Notes under the pieces: model-generated | The model's database searches: none | Told to the model about the DNA's origin: nothing | Seen by the model: only the letters and a program-made list of their open reading frames with translations | Program-made: the position numbers and the translations under genes | Shown here: piece after piece, positions 10,734 through 19,913 of the stretch | Numbering within the stretch: position 1 is the first letter of the stretch | How the letters are laid out: each line of letters starts with the position of its first letter | Assembly (NCBI GenBank): GCA_945950065.1 | Contig: CAMFGQ010000001.1 | Location: 1-42,330, forward strand | Direction: 5' to 3' | Origin: an uncultured Clostridia bacterium | GTDB taxonomy: Bacteria > Bacillota > Clostridia > Peptostreptococcales > Acidaminobacteraceae | Length of the DNA: 42,330 bases

Positions 10734-12797
10734 ATGCCAAGATCTTTTCCATTAGAAAAAACTAGAAATATTGGAATTATGGCTCACATCGATGCTGGTA
10801 AAACCACAACGACAGAGCGTATCCTATTCTATACTGGAAAAAACTACAAAATGGGAGAAACCCATGAAGGCTCAGCTACCATGGACTGGATGGAGCAAGA
10901 GCAAGAACGTGGCATTACGATTACTTCAGCAGCAACTACCACGGTGTGGCAAGACTATGGAATTAACATAATTGACACTCCTGGTCACGTTGACTTTACA
11001 GCGGAAGTTGAAAGGTCATTGCGCGTCCTGGACGGATCCGTAACAGTATTTTGTGCAAAAGGTGGTGTCGAACCCCAGACAGAAACAGTTTGGCGACAAG
11101 CTGACAAGTATGGTGTTCCAAGACTAGCCTTTGTCAACAAAATGGATATTACGGGCGCAGATTTCTTCCGTGTCGTTGAACAAATGAAATCACGACTGGG
11201 AGCAAATCCCGTTCCGCTACAATTACCGATTGGGTCAGAAGATAGCTTTATCGGTATGGTTGATCTCATCGAAAACAATGCAAGAATCTACAATGATGAC
11301 CTGGGACAAAACATCGAAGTTGTGGACATCCCAGAGAATCTCGTAGAAAAAGCCAATGAGTATCGCGAAAAACTGATTGAATCAGCGGTTGAAGGCGATG
11401 AAGAACTCATGGAGCTTTACTTTGCTGGAGAAGAGATCACAAAAGATCAACTACGCAAGGCCATTCGTCAAGCGACGATCGCTGGCGAGATGATCCCTGT
11501 TCTTTGTGGCACAGCCTATAAGAACAAGGGCGTGCAATTGTTGCTGGATGCAATCATTGATTTTATGCCATCACCCATTGACATCCCACCAATTCAAGGA
11601 GAAAATCCTCATACTGGTGAGATGGAGGAACGTCATTCAAGTGACACAGAGCCCTTTAGTGCTCTTGCCTTTAAAATCATGACGGATCCTTTTGTGGGGA
11701 AACTAACATTCCTACGGGTATACTCAGGAATACTGGAGTCCGGTTCCCATGTACTGAACTCCACCAAGGACAAAAGAGAGCGTATTGGACGTCTTCTTCG
11801 TATGAACGCCAACGATCGTGAAGAGATCAAAGACCTTTATGCAGGAGACATCGCCAGTGCGGTTGGTCTACGTAACACAGGTACAGGGGACACCCTCTGT
11901 GACCAAGACCATCCTGTTATCCTAGAGTCCATGGTCTTCCCTGATCCGGTTATTTCTGTGGCTATTGAGCCAAAGACAAGAGCCGGTCAAGAAAAAATGG
12001 GTATCGCCTTAGCGAAACTTTCTGAAGAAGATCCTACCTTTAATATCTTTACCAATGAAGAAACTGGACAGGTTATCATTGAAGGTATGGGTGAACTCCA
12101 CTTGGAGATCATCGTAGATCGACTTCTTCGTGAGTTTAAAGTCGAAGCGAACATAGGTGCACCACAGGTGGCCTATAAAGAAACTATTTCCGGCGATGCC
12201 GAAATCGATGAAAAATATGCTCGTCAGAGTGGTGGACGAGGACAGTATGGTCATGTTAAGATTCGAGTGAGGAAGGGTGAACCTGGAAGCGGTTATAAAT
12301 TCATCAACAGTATTGTTGGTGGAGCCATTCCAAAAGAATACATCCCATCCGTGGATCAAGGTATTCAAGAAGCTCTTACAAGCGGTATCTTAGGTGGCTA
12401 TGAAGTTGTGGATATTGAAGTCGAACTTTACGACGGAACCTATCATGATGTTGACTCATCTGAAATGGCCTTTAAGATTGCCGGAAGCATGGCCATTAAA
12501 AAAGCCTTGGCGAAAGCTGGAAGTACTCTGCTCGAACCCTATATGAAGGTTGAAGTAACCACTCCAGAAGATTATCTTGGAGATGTTATGGGAGACATTA
12601 ACTCAAGACGTGGACGTCTTGAGGGTATGGAAGCAGAAGGCGGAGCCCAGATCATTCGTGCACAAGTGCCTCTATCAGAAATGTTTGGATATGCTACGGA
12701 TCTTCGTAGTAAATCCCAAGGTAGAGCCATCTATAGTATGCAATTTGATCACTATGAACAAGTACCCGAAGCAATAGCTGAAAAAGTGTTAAAGTAA
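10734..12797 (+). CDS. fusA: Elongation factor G
   Basis: 687 aa. G1 motif [15 protein letters not shown], plus DTPGHVDF and NKMD. Confidence 0.98.
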   Translation: MPRSFPLEKTRNIGIMAHIDAGKTTTTERILFYTGKNYKMGETHEGSATMDWMEQEQERGITITSAATTTVWQDYGINIIDTPGHVDFTAEVERSLRVLDGSVTVFCAKGGVEPQTETVWRQADKYGVPRLAFVNKMDITGADFFRVVEQMKSRLGANPVPLQLPIGSEDSFIGMVDLIENNARIYNDDLGQNIEVVDIPENLVEKANEYREKLIESAVEGDEELMELYFAGEEITKDQLRKAIRQATIAGEMIPVLCGTAYKNKGVQLLLDAIIDFMPSPIDIPPIQGENPHTGEMEERHSSDTEPFSALAFKIMTDPFVGKLTFLRVYSGILESGSHVLNSTKDKRERIGRLLRMNANDREEIKDLYAGDIASAVGLRNTGTGDTLCDQDHPVILESMVFPDPVISVAIEPKTRAGQEKMGIALAKLSEEDPTFNIFTNEETGQVIIEGMGELHLEIIVDRLLREFKVEANIGAPQVAYKETISGDAEIDEKYARQSGGRGQYGHVKIRVRKGEPGSGYKFINSIVGGAIPKEYIPSVDQGIQEALTSGILGGYEVVDIEVELYDGTYHDVDSSEMAFKIAGSMAIKKALAKAGSTLLEPYMKVEVTTPEDYLGDVMGDINSRRGRLEGMEAEGGAQIIRAQVPLSEMFGYATDLRSKSQGRAIYSMQFDHYEQVPEAIAEKVLK

Positions 12798-12810
12798 TTA
12801 GGAGGAAAAA

Positions 12811-14004
12811 ATGGCAAAAGGTGTATTTGAAAGAAATAAACCTCACGTAAACATCGGAACAATTGGTCACGTTGACCACGGTAAAACCACGCTAACAGCA
12901 GCTATCACAAAAACGCTGCACGACAGATATCAACTAGGTGACGAAGTTGCCTTTGATAAAATTGATAAAGCTCCAGAAGAGCGCGAGCGTGGAATTACCA
13001 TCTCTACATCACACGTTGAATATGAAACCCCAGCTCGTCACTATGCACACGTAGACTGTCCTGGTCACGCCGACTATGTTAAAAACATGATTACTGGTGC
13101 TGCTCAAATGGACGGATCTATCCTCGTAGTAAGTGCTGCTGACGGTGCTATGCCACAAACTCGTGAGCACATCCTACTTTCTCGTCAAGTTGGCGTTCCT
13201 TACATCGTTGTTTTCCTAAACAAATGTGACATGGTTGATGACGAAGAACTCCTTGAACTTGTAGAAATGGAAATCCGTGAACTTCTAGACGAATATGATT
13301 TCCCAGGCGACGATACTCCTATCGTTCGTGGATCTGCTCTTAAAGCTCTTGAAGATCCTTCCAGCAAATGGGGAGATGCTATCGTTGAACTGTTTGACAT
13401 CATCGACGATTACATTCCAGAGCCAGACCGTGATGTTGACAAGCCTTTCCTAATGCCTGTTGAGGACGTATTCTCCATTACAGGTCGTGGAACTGTTGCT
13501 ACAGGTCGTATCGAGCGTGGTATGGTTAAAATCGGTGACGAAGTTGAGCTTGTAGGTCTTACAGACAAGAGCCGTAAGCTTGTTGTTACTGGCGTTGAGA
13601 TGTTCCAAAAAACACTTAACGAAGGTCAAGCTGGAGACAACGTAGGTATCCTTCTACGTGGTATCCAAAGAACAGAAATTGAGCGTGGACAAGTTCTGGC
13701 AAAACCAGGCTCCATCCATCCTCACAAAAAATTCAAAGCACAAGTATACGTTCTGAAGAAAGAAGAAGGTGGACGTCACACTCCATTCTTCCCAGGATAC
13801 AGACCACAATTCTTCTTTAGAACAACCGACGTTACAGGTTCCATTGAGTTCCCAGAAGGACAAGAAATGTGTATGCCTGGCGATAACATCATCATGGAAA
13901 TCGAACTTCTATACCCAATCGCTATCGAAGAAGGTCTTAAGTTCTCCATCCGTGAAGGTGGTCGTACAGTAGGTGCTGGTGCTGTTGTAGAGATTATTGA
14001 ATAA
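12811..14004 (+). CDS. tuf: Elongation factor Tu
   Basis: 397 aa. Motifs [18 protein letters not shown] and NKCD, with an AGGAGG SD. Confidence 0.99.
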   Translation: MAKGVFERNKPHVNIGTIGHVDHGKTTLTAAITKTLHDRYQLGDEVAFDKIDKAPEERERGITISTSHVEYETPARHYAHVDCPGHADYVKNMITGAAQMDGSILVVSAADGAMPQTREHILLSRQVGVPYIVVFLNKCDMVDDEELLELVEMEIRELLDEYDFPGDDTPIVRGSALKALEDPSSKWGDAIVELFDIIDDYIPEPDRDVDKPFLMPVEDVFSITGRGTVATGRIERGMVKIGDEVELVGLTDKSRKLVVTGVEMFQKTLNEGQAGDNVGILLRGIQRTEIERGQVLAKPGSIHPHKKFKAQVYVLKKEEGGRHTPFFPGYRPQFFFRTTDVTGSIEFPEGQEMCMPGDNIIMEIELLYPIAIEEGLKFSIREGGRTVGAGAVVEIIE

Positions 14005-14022
14005 TCTCCATTAGCATGATCT

Positions 14023-14054
14023 GAAGGCTCGGTTTACCGGGCCTTCTTGTTTTA
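14023..14054 (+). terminator. Rho-independent terminator of the str operon
   Basis: 10-bp stem GAAGGCTCGG (14023-14032) / CCGGGCCTTC (14037-14046) with one G-U pair and a TTTA loop, followed by TTGTTTT. Confidence 0.8.
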
Positions 14055-14208
14055 TAAAATATTGTTATATTCATACAGTTTCATACATGCATCTTTATTG
14101 ATATAAATTTATTTTTTTATCCATAGGTTCAAAAATCGGAATGAATACGACTATAACATAAGATTCTTTTCTTAAAGAATAGGGTAGTGTTATGTGAGGA
14201 GGTTATGC

Positions 14209-15417
14209 ATGGACATTATTGAACGATTCAAAGGCTATATTGCAGTGGATACCAAGAGTGATCCCCACAACGAAAGCTGCCCCAGTACATCAGGGCAACT
14301 TGAGCTAGGTAAGACTCTTGTTGGTGAACTGCAGGCCATGGGACTTGAGGCTTTCCAAGATGAACATGGCTATGTGTACGGGACACTTGAGTCCAATGTG
14401 GAAAAAGATGTACCCGTGATTGGTTTTATTGCTCATCTTGATACCGCTCCTGATTTGGACGGTACATGCACCAATCCCCAAGTGATTCAGTACAAGGGAG
14501 GTGACATTCCGTTAAACGATCAATACCGTCTAGAAGTGAAAGAGTTTCCTGTGCTAGAGGAGCTTGTAGGTGAGGAGCTGATTACCACAGACGGTACAAC
14601 GCTTTTAGGGGCAGATGATAAGGCTGGTATTGCCATTATCATGGATGCTTTGCAAGAGATCATTTCTTCAGCGGTAGATCACGGCACCATCAAAGTCGCC
14701 TTTACCCCCGATGAAGAAATTGGTAGAGGAGCTGATCTCTTTGATGTAGAAGGATTTGGAGCCGACTTTGCTTTTACCATTGATGGCGGTCGAGTAGGAG
14801 AGCTTCAATACGAGAACTTTAATGCTGCCAGTGCAGACATTGTGATTCAAGGTAAAAATGTACACCCAGGTACAGCAAAGAACATCATGGTGAATTCTCA
14901 GGAAATTGCCATGGAGTTACACTCTCTTTTACCTCCTGATCAGAAACCCCAATATACCCAAGACTATGAAGGCTTTTATCTACTGACCCACATCAGTGGA
15001 ACCGTGGATGAAACAAGCTTGTCCTATATTATTCGGGATCACAGTAAAGAGAAGTTTGAGGAAAAGAAAGACTTACTGAGAGAGATCGTTGCTTTCTTAA
15101 ACCGAAAATATCCAGATAGTCTTGAACTGAGTATGAAGGATTCCTACTACAACATGAGAGAGAAAGTTGAACCTCATAAGGAAATCATTGACCTAGCTGA
15201 AAAGAGCATGTTGGAGCTTGGCATCCAACCAGTGATTGAGCCCATCCGTGGTGGCACAGATGGATCCAGACTCTCCTATATGGGACTGATCTGTCCCAAT
15301 CTCTTTACAGGTGGTTATAACTTCCATGGACGATTTGAGTTTATCCCGATATCAGCCATGAAGAAGGGCTCAGCACTTCTACAGAAAATTGTAGAAAACC
15401 TTACTCAAGGTGCATAA
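14209..15417 (+). CDS. pepT: Peptidase T (tripeptide aminopeptidase, M20B family)
   Basis: Track ORF starts at GTG 14194, but that GTG lies inside the GAGGAGG SD (14196-14202). The ATG at 14209 sits 6 nt after the SD and gives 402 aa. Motifs: IAHLDTAPD, GADDKAGIAIIM, FTPDEEIGRGA. Confidence 0.92.
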   Translation: MDIIERFKGYIAVDTKSDPHNESCPSTSGQLELGKTLVGELQAMGLEAFQDEHGYVYGTLESNVEKDVPVIGFIAHLDTAPDLDGTCTNPQVIQYKGGDIPLNDQYRLEVKEFPVLEELVGEELITTDGTTLLGADDKAGIAIIMDALQEIISSAVDHGTIKVAFTPDEEIGRGADLFDVEGFGADFAFTIDGGRVGELQYENFNAASADIVIQGKNVHPGTAKNIMVNSQEIAMELHSLLPPDQKPQYTQDYEGFYLLTHISGTVDETSLSYIIRDHSKEKFEEKKDLLREIVAFLNRKYPDSLELSMKDSYYNMREKVEPHKEIIDLAEKSMLELGIQPVIEPIRGGTDGSRLSYMGLICPNLFTGGYNFHGRFEFIPISAMKKGSALLQKIVENLTQGA

Positions 15418-15596
15418 ATGCTAAAGAGCTTAAACTCTATATGTCATTTCCTGAAGGAATCTGAAGTTAAGTTCTTAGTATTTTGGATAAATTGAAGGAG
15501 ATTGTAAAATAAGACAGAAAGCAAGCCTTGGAAGTCAATAAAGTACTCTTAGGTTTGACAAACAGAAAAAAGGTTGATTTTGTTGGAAAGAAATCA

Positions 15597-15605
15597 TGGT
15601 ATACT
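15597..15605 (+). promoter_or_regulatory. Candidate extended -10 promoter element for the BlaI-family gene
   Basis: TGGTATACT (TGnTATAcT). I found no good -35 at 17 nt; TTGATT at 15574 is 20 nt away. Confidence 0.35.
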
Positions 15606-15734
15606 AGAAAGTGTAACAGAGTGTAGAATAAAAGTATCTTTTAAAACAGACAGAATTAAGAGTGAACATATTCTTCGTTAATTGATATTACTACGAATAT
15701 AGGCAACTCAGAAAAACGAGGAGAGGGGTGTTTT

Positions 15735-16115
15735 ATGAAGTTATCAGATAACGAACTCAAAGTCATGGACATCATTTGGGACGAGAAATATCTTGACCAA
15801 AACAAAGAAATTACCGCGAAAGAGGTTTCAGACATTCTGATTGAGCGATATGGTTGGCAGAAAGCAACCAACTATGTTTATTTAAATCGGCTTTTGAAGA
15901 AAGAAGCCATCACGCGTCGCTATCCAAAATACACAATTAAAGCTCTTTTACAAAAAGACGATGTTGTCAATGATGCCGTCAACGAAATCATTGATAAGAC
16001 TTATGATGGATCAACGGTAAACTTTTTCGAGGCCTTCCTCAATGACAAGAAGCTGACATCAGCAGAGTTAGAGGAAATCAAAGCCATTTTAGAGAACCAT
16101 CAAGACGAACATTAA
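15735..16115 (+). CDS. BlaI/MecI/CopY-family winged-helix transcriptional repressor (orphan)
   Basis: 126 aa with a GAGGAGAGGGG SD. The N-terminal MKLSDNELKVMDIIWD..ITAKEVSDIL...WQKATNYVYLNRLLKKEAI fits the penicillinase-repressor wHTH. The C-terminal helical region could mediate dimerisation. Confidence 0.75.
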   Translation: MKLSDNELKVMDIIWDEKYLDQNKEITAKEVSDILIERYGWQKATNYVYLNRLLKKEAITRRYPKYTIKALLQKDDVVNDAVNEIIDKTYDGSTVNFFEAFLNDKKLTSAELEEIKAILENHQDEH

Positions 16116-16136
16116 GAAACCAACCAAAGAATAGCG

Positions 16137-16199
16137 GAGCCTAAGAGCAGGTAAGAAACAGTATCATCGACAGATCACCTTGCTCTAAGGCTCCTTTTA
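16137..16199 (+). terminator. Intrinsic terminator after the BlaI-family gene
   Basis: Perfect 14-bp stem GGAGCCTAAGAGCA (16137-16150) / TGCTCTAAGGCTCC (16181-16194), a 30-nt loop, then TTTT. Confidence 0.7.
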
Positions 16200-16314
16200 T
16201 CACTAAAAATGCTTGTTTTTCAACATTAAATCTAGGATAACGACAGACTGAATTCAGAATGACAACTTATTACAAAAAGACAAATACTTTTTCGAAGAAA
16301 AACCCTTGTATTGC

Positions 16315-16344
16315 TTGACAAGGGGGACTTCCTTGAGGTATCCT
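16315..16344 (+). promoter_or_regulatory. Candidate sigma-A promoter of the S10 operon
   Basis: TTGACA (16315-16320), 18-nt spacer, TATCCT (16339-16344). A-tract-rich, UP-like sequence lies at 16270-16305. Confidence 0.55.
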
Positions 16345-16497
16345 TATCTAGCGTGCCCGAGTAGCGTTGAAGTCGTAGGTTACCCTTCCTACCGGGACAA
16401 TTTCGATGGAGCAGCTTTTCCTATGAGAAAAGCGAGCGGGTACAAAGTAATGGGTACACCCGGAAGAGTGTACTAAAGAAATCAATTGGAGGAAAGA
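16345..16497 (+). promoter_or_regulatory. Structured 5' leader of the S10 operon
   Basis: Nested helix CCCG (16356-16359) / CGGG (16393-16396) around GTAGG/CCTAC (16375-16392). A 7-bp hairpin GCTTTTC/GAAAAGC (16414-16433). Two mutually exclusive helices: CGGGT/ACCCG (16437-16462) and GTACAC/GTGTAC (16454-16473). Confidence 0.4.
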
Positions 16498-16809
16498 ATG
16501 AACGAAGGACAAAAAATTCGCATCAGACTACGATCGTTTGATCACAAAATCCTGGATGCGTCAGCAGCAAAAATTGTTGAAACAGCAAAGGGAACTGGAG
16601 CTACAGTAGCTGGACCCATTCCACTACCTACAAAAACAGAAATCTTTACGATTCTACGCTCACCCCACGTTAACAAAGACTCACGTGAACAATTTGAGCT
16701 TCGTACGCACAAACGACTGATCGACATCACAAGCCCCACCAAAAAGACCGTTGAGTCTCTTACAAGACTTGACCTTCCAGCGGGTGTGGATATCGAGATT
16801 AAACTATAG
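16498..16809 (+). CDS. rpsJ: 30S ribosomal protein S10
   Basis: The track start TTG 16486 lies inside the GGAGGA SD. The ATG at 16498 gives 103 aa starting [16 protein letters not shown]. Confidence 0.97.
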   Translation: MNEGQKIRIRLRSFDHKILDASAAKIVETAKGTGATVAGPIPLPTKTEIFTILRSPHVNKDSREQFELRTHKRLIDITSPTKKTVESLTRLDLPAGVDIEIKL

Positions 16810-16861
16810 GATATTTTAGTATGATTGCGTCTTGCAATCCGCTGTAAAATGAGGAGGAATC

Positions 16862-17494
16862 ATGTTAGGTCTTTTAGGTAAGAAGATCGGGATGACCCAA
16901 GTCTTTGATGAGAAAGGCGTACAAACACCTGTTACCGTTATCGAAGCTGGGCCCATCTATGTATCACAAATCAAAACCGTTGAACAAGACGGTTACAATG
17001 CGCTTCAAGTTGCCTTTGGCGAAGAAAAGAAGCACAGAAAAAACAAACCAGAACTAGGACAGTTTGACAAAGCAGGAATCGCACCTAAAAAATATCTGGT
17101 GGAATTCAGAGTAGAAGATCCAGAGAACTACAGTGTAGGTCAAGAAATCAGTGCTGATCTTTTCGAAGAAGGACAATTCATTGATGTCACTGGAACTTCT
17201 AAAGGTAAAGGAACTGCTGGTATCATCAAACGTCATAATGAAAGCCGTGGCCCAGAATCTCATGGTTCTAAATTCCATAGAACCCCAGGTTCAAGAGGAG
17301 CAAGTGCTACTCCTTCAAGAGTTGCAAAAGGTGTTCCCGGACCAGGACGCATGGGATATGAGCGCGTCACCGTACAACATCTAGAAGTTGTTCGTGTGGA
17401 TGCAGACCGAAACCTACTACTTGTAAAAGGCGCTGTGCCAGGACCACGCAAGGGATTTCTTGTTATGAAGCCCTCCGTGAAAGTCTCAAAGTAG
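16862..17494 (+). CDS. rplC: 50S ribosomal protein L3
   Basis: 210 aa. LGKKIGMTQVFDEKG motif, and position directly after rpsJ. Confidence 0.97.
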   Translation: MLGLLGKKIGMTQVFDEKGVQTPVTVIEAGPIYVSQIKTVEQDGYNALQVAFGEEKKHRKNKPELGQFDKAGIAPKKYLVEFRVEDPENYSVGQEISADLFEEGQFIDVTGTSKGKGTAGIIKRHNESRGPESHGSKFHRTPGSRGASATPSRVAKGVPGPGRMGYERVTVQHLEVVRVDADRNLLLVKGAVPGPRKGFLVMKPSVKVSK

Positions 17495-17511
17495 AGTAAA
17501 GGAGTAACACT

Positions 17512-18132
17512 GTGGCAATTCAAGTATTTAATCAAAAAGGTGAAAAAGTAGGCGAGCGTCAGCTAAGCGAAGTCATCTTCGGCATTGAGCCCAACAAGCA
17601 CGTTATGCATGATGCTGTAGTCAACTATCTAGCTAACCAACGTCAAGGCACCTTTTCCAATAAAACCCGCGCAGAAGTTCGCGGTGGTGGAAGAAAACCT
17701 TGGAGACAAAAAGGTACAGGCCGTGCCCGTCATGGTAGTAGCCGTTCTCCAATCTGGGTAGGTGGTGGAGTGGTCTTCGCGAAGAAGCCAAGAGATTTCT
17801 CCTACACACTGCCTAAAAAAGTTCGTAGACTGGCACTGAAAAGTGCTCTGAGCGTAAAAGCACAAGATGAAGCTATTACCCTAGTGGACGAACTAAAAAT
17901 GGATGCACCAAGCACAAAAGAGATGATCAAAATTCTTGAGAATCTCAAATTGGAAGGAAAGACCCTTGTGGTTCTTGACAAAAACGATGTAGCCGTTGTT
18001 CGCTCCATCTCCAATCTTCCAAAAGTGAAGAGCATCTCTGTAAACAACATCAACACCTATACTGTGCTGAACTATGACAACATCCTGTTTACAAGCGCAG
18101 CTCTGGATCAACTGGAGGAGGTATACAAGTAA
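17512..18132 (+). CDS. rplD: 50S ribosomal protein L4
   Basis: 206 aa with a GTG start 7 nt after an AAGGAG SD. RGGGRKPWRQKGTGRAR motif. Confidence 0.97.
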   Translation: MAIQVFNQKGEKVGERQLSEVIFGIEPNKHVMHDAVVNYLANQRQGTFSNKTRAEVRGGGRKPWRQKGTGRARHGSSRSPIWVGGGVVFAKKPRDFSYTLPKKVRRLALKSALSVKAQDEAITLVDELKMDAPSTKEMIKILENLKLEGKTLVVLDKNDVAVVRSISNLPKVKSISVNNINTYTVLNYDNILFTSAALDQLEEVYK

Positions 18133-18422
18133 TGAAGACAGCATATGATGTTATTCTAGCTCCTATCGTGTCTGAGAACAGCATGGATCTAACAGCGGAC
18201 AAAAAATATACCTTCCGTGTTCATCCAAAAGCAAACAAGTATCAGATCAAGGATGCAGTTGAAGAAATCTTCAACGTAAAAGTAATTGCAGTCAATACCA
18301 TGCATGTAAAAGGAAAACCGAAACGACAAGGTCGTTTTGAGGGAACTACTAGAAACTGGAAAAAGGCCATTGTAACCCTTTCTCCAGAGAGCAAAGAAAT
18401 TGAATTCTTTGACGGAATCTAG
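18132..18422 (+). CDS. rplW: 50S ribosomal protein L23
   Basis: 96 aa. TAATG overlap with rplD, and S10-operon order. Confidence 0.96.
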   Translation: MKTAYDVILAPIVSENSMDLTADKKYTFRVHPKANKYQIKDAVEEIFNVKVIAVNTMHVKGKPKRQGRFEGTTRNWKKAIVTLSPESKEIEFFDGI

Positions 18423-18435
18423 AGAGGAGTAAACC

Positions 18436-19266
18436 ATGGCAGTAAAAAGCTATAAACCTACTTCTGCAGGGATGCGCCATAGGGTTGTTCCAAGTTTCGA
18501 AGAGATTACTACTTCAAAACCTGAAAAAAGCCTTGTGAAATCCGTTAAAAAAACTGCTGGCCGTAATGACCACGGACATATCACTGTTCGTCATCGTGGC
18601 GGTGGCAATCGCAGAAAATATAGAATTATTGATTTTAAACGCAGAAAAGATGATATTCCAGCAAAAGTTGCTAGCATCGAATACGATCCAAACAGAACCT
18701 GCTATATCGCACTACTACATTATGCTGATGGGGAAAAACGCTATATCTTAGCACCACACAGACTAAGCGTAGGTGACACAGTAGAGTCTGGAGAAAGTGT
18801 TGACATTCAAATCGGAAACGCACTTCCTCTTCGCAGTATTCCTCTAGGAACACACATCCACAACATTGAACTCAAAGCAGGAAAAGGCGGACAACTTGTT
18901 CGTTCTGCTGGTGGATTTGCTCAGCTCATGGCGAAAGAAGGTAAATATGCACAAGTGCGTCTTCCTTCTGGTGAAGTTCGTATGATCCATATGAACTGCC
19001 GTGCCACCATTGGCCAAGTAGGAAACATCGATCACGAAAACATCAACTACGGTAAAGCCGGTGTTCGACGCCATATGGGATTCAGACCTCATGTTCGTGG
19101 TTCAGCTATGAACCCTGTGGATCACCCACATGGTGGTGGAGAAGGTAAAGCACCAATCGGTATGCCTTCACCTGTTACTCCTTGGGGTAAACCAACACTG
19201 GGATACAAGACACGTAACAAGAACAAAGCTTCCAATAAATTTATTGTGAAGAGAAGAACCAAGTAG
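18436..19266 (+). CDS. rplB: 50S ribosomal protein L2
   Basis: 276 aa. Motifs [12 protein letters not shown] and [11 protein letters not shown]. Confidence 0.98.
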   Translation: MAVKSYKPTSAGMRHRVVPSFEEITTSKPEKSLVKSVKKTAGRNDHGHITVRHRGGGNRRKYRIIDFKRRKDDIPAKVASIEYDPNRTCYIALLHYADGEKRYILAPHRLSVGDTVESGESVDIQIGNALPLRSIPLGTHIHNIELKAGKGGQLVRSAGGFAQLMAKEGKYAQVRLPSGEVRMIHMNCRATIGQVGNIDHENINYGKAGVRRHMGFRPHVRGSAMNPVDHPHGGGEGKAPIGMPSPVTPWGKPTLGYKTRNKNKASNKFIVKRRTK

Positions 19267-19281
19267 TAGAGGAGACAAGTA

Positions 19282-19560
19282 GTGAGTAGATCTATGAAAA
19301 AAGGTCCCTTTGTTCATCAGGGACTGATGAAAAAAATAGAGCAAATGAATGCTAACAATGAGAAAAAAGTGATCAAAACTTGGTCCCGCTCTTCCACAAT
19401 CTTCCCACAAATGGTAGGACATACCATCGCTGTACATGACGGAAGAAAACATATCCCTGTGTATATTGTTGAGGACATGGTTGGTCATAAACTAGGCGAA
19501 TTTGCACCCACACGTACCTTTAGAGGACATGCTGGGGACAAAAAAGTCAAAGGAAAATAG
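19282..19560 (+). CDS. rpsS: 30S ribosomal protein S19
   Basis: 92 aa with a GTG start. [12 protein letters not shown]-terminus. Confidence 0.97.
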   Translation: MSRSMKKGPFVHQGLMKKIEQMNANNEKKVIKTWSRSSTIFPQMVGHTIAVHDGRKHIPVYIVEDMVGHKLGEFAPTRTFRGHAGDKKVKGK

Positions 19561-19569
19561 GAGGAATTC

Positions 19570-19905
19570 ATGAAAGCAAGAGCAGAAGCTAAATACATCA
19601 GGATTTCTTCTACGAAGGTAAGACCAGTCTGTGATTTGATTCGTGGAAAGAGTGTTGAGGAAGCAAGAGCTATCCTTAAATTCACCCCCACCAAATCAGC
19701 TCGTCTCTTACTGCAAGTCCTAAATTCAGCTGTAGCCAACGCTACCAATAATCATGACATGGAAGAGATGGATCTTTTTGTAAGTGAAGTCTATGCCAAC
19801 CAAGGACCCCATCTAAAACGATGGAAAGCTGGAAGTCATGGTCGTGCAATGCCAAGGTTACGTCGCACTAGCCACATTGGCGTGGCTGTACAGGAAAGAG
19901 AGTAG
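19570..19905 (+). CDS. rplV: 50S ribosomal protein L22
   Basis: 111 aa. Operon position and the start [20 protein letters not shown]. Confidence 0.96.
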   Translation: MKARAEAKYIRISSTKVRPVCDLIRGKSVEEARAILKFTPTKSARLLLQVLNSAVANATNNHDMEEMDLFVSEVYANQGPHLKRWKAGSHGRAMPRLRRTSHIGVAVQERE

Positions 19906-19913
19906 GAGGGGTC

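Noticed and set aside
15418-15495. 25-aa ORF (MLKSLNSICHFLKESEVKFLVFWIN) starting at the TAAATG junction after pepT
   Set aside because: Only a weak AAGGTG lies upstream, I cannot test conservation, and an ORF of this size is expected by chance in AT-rich spacer. It is not supportable from the sequence alone.
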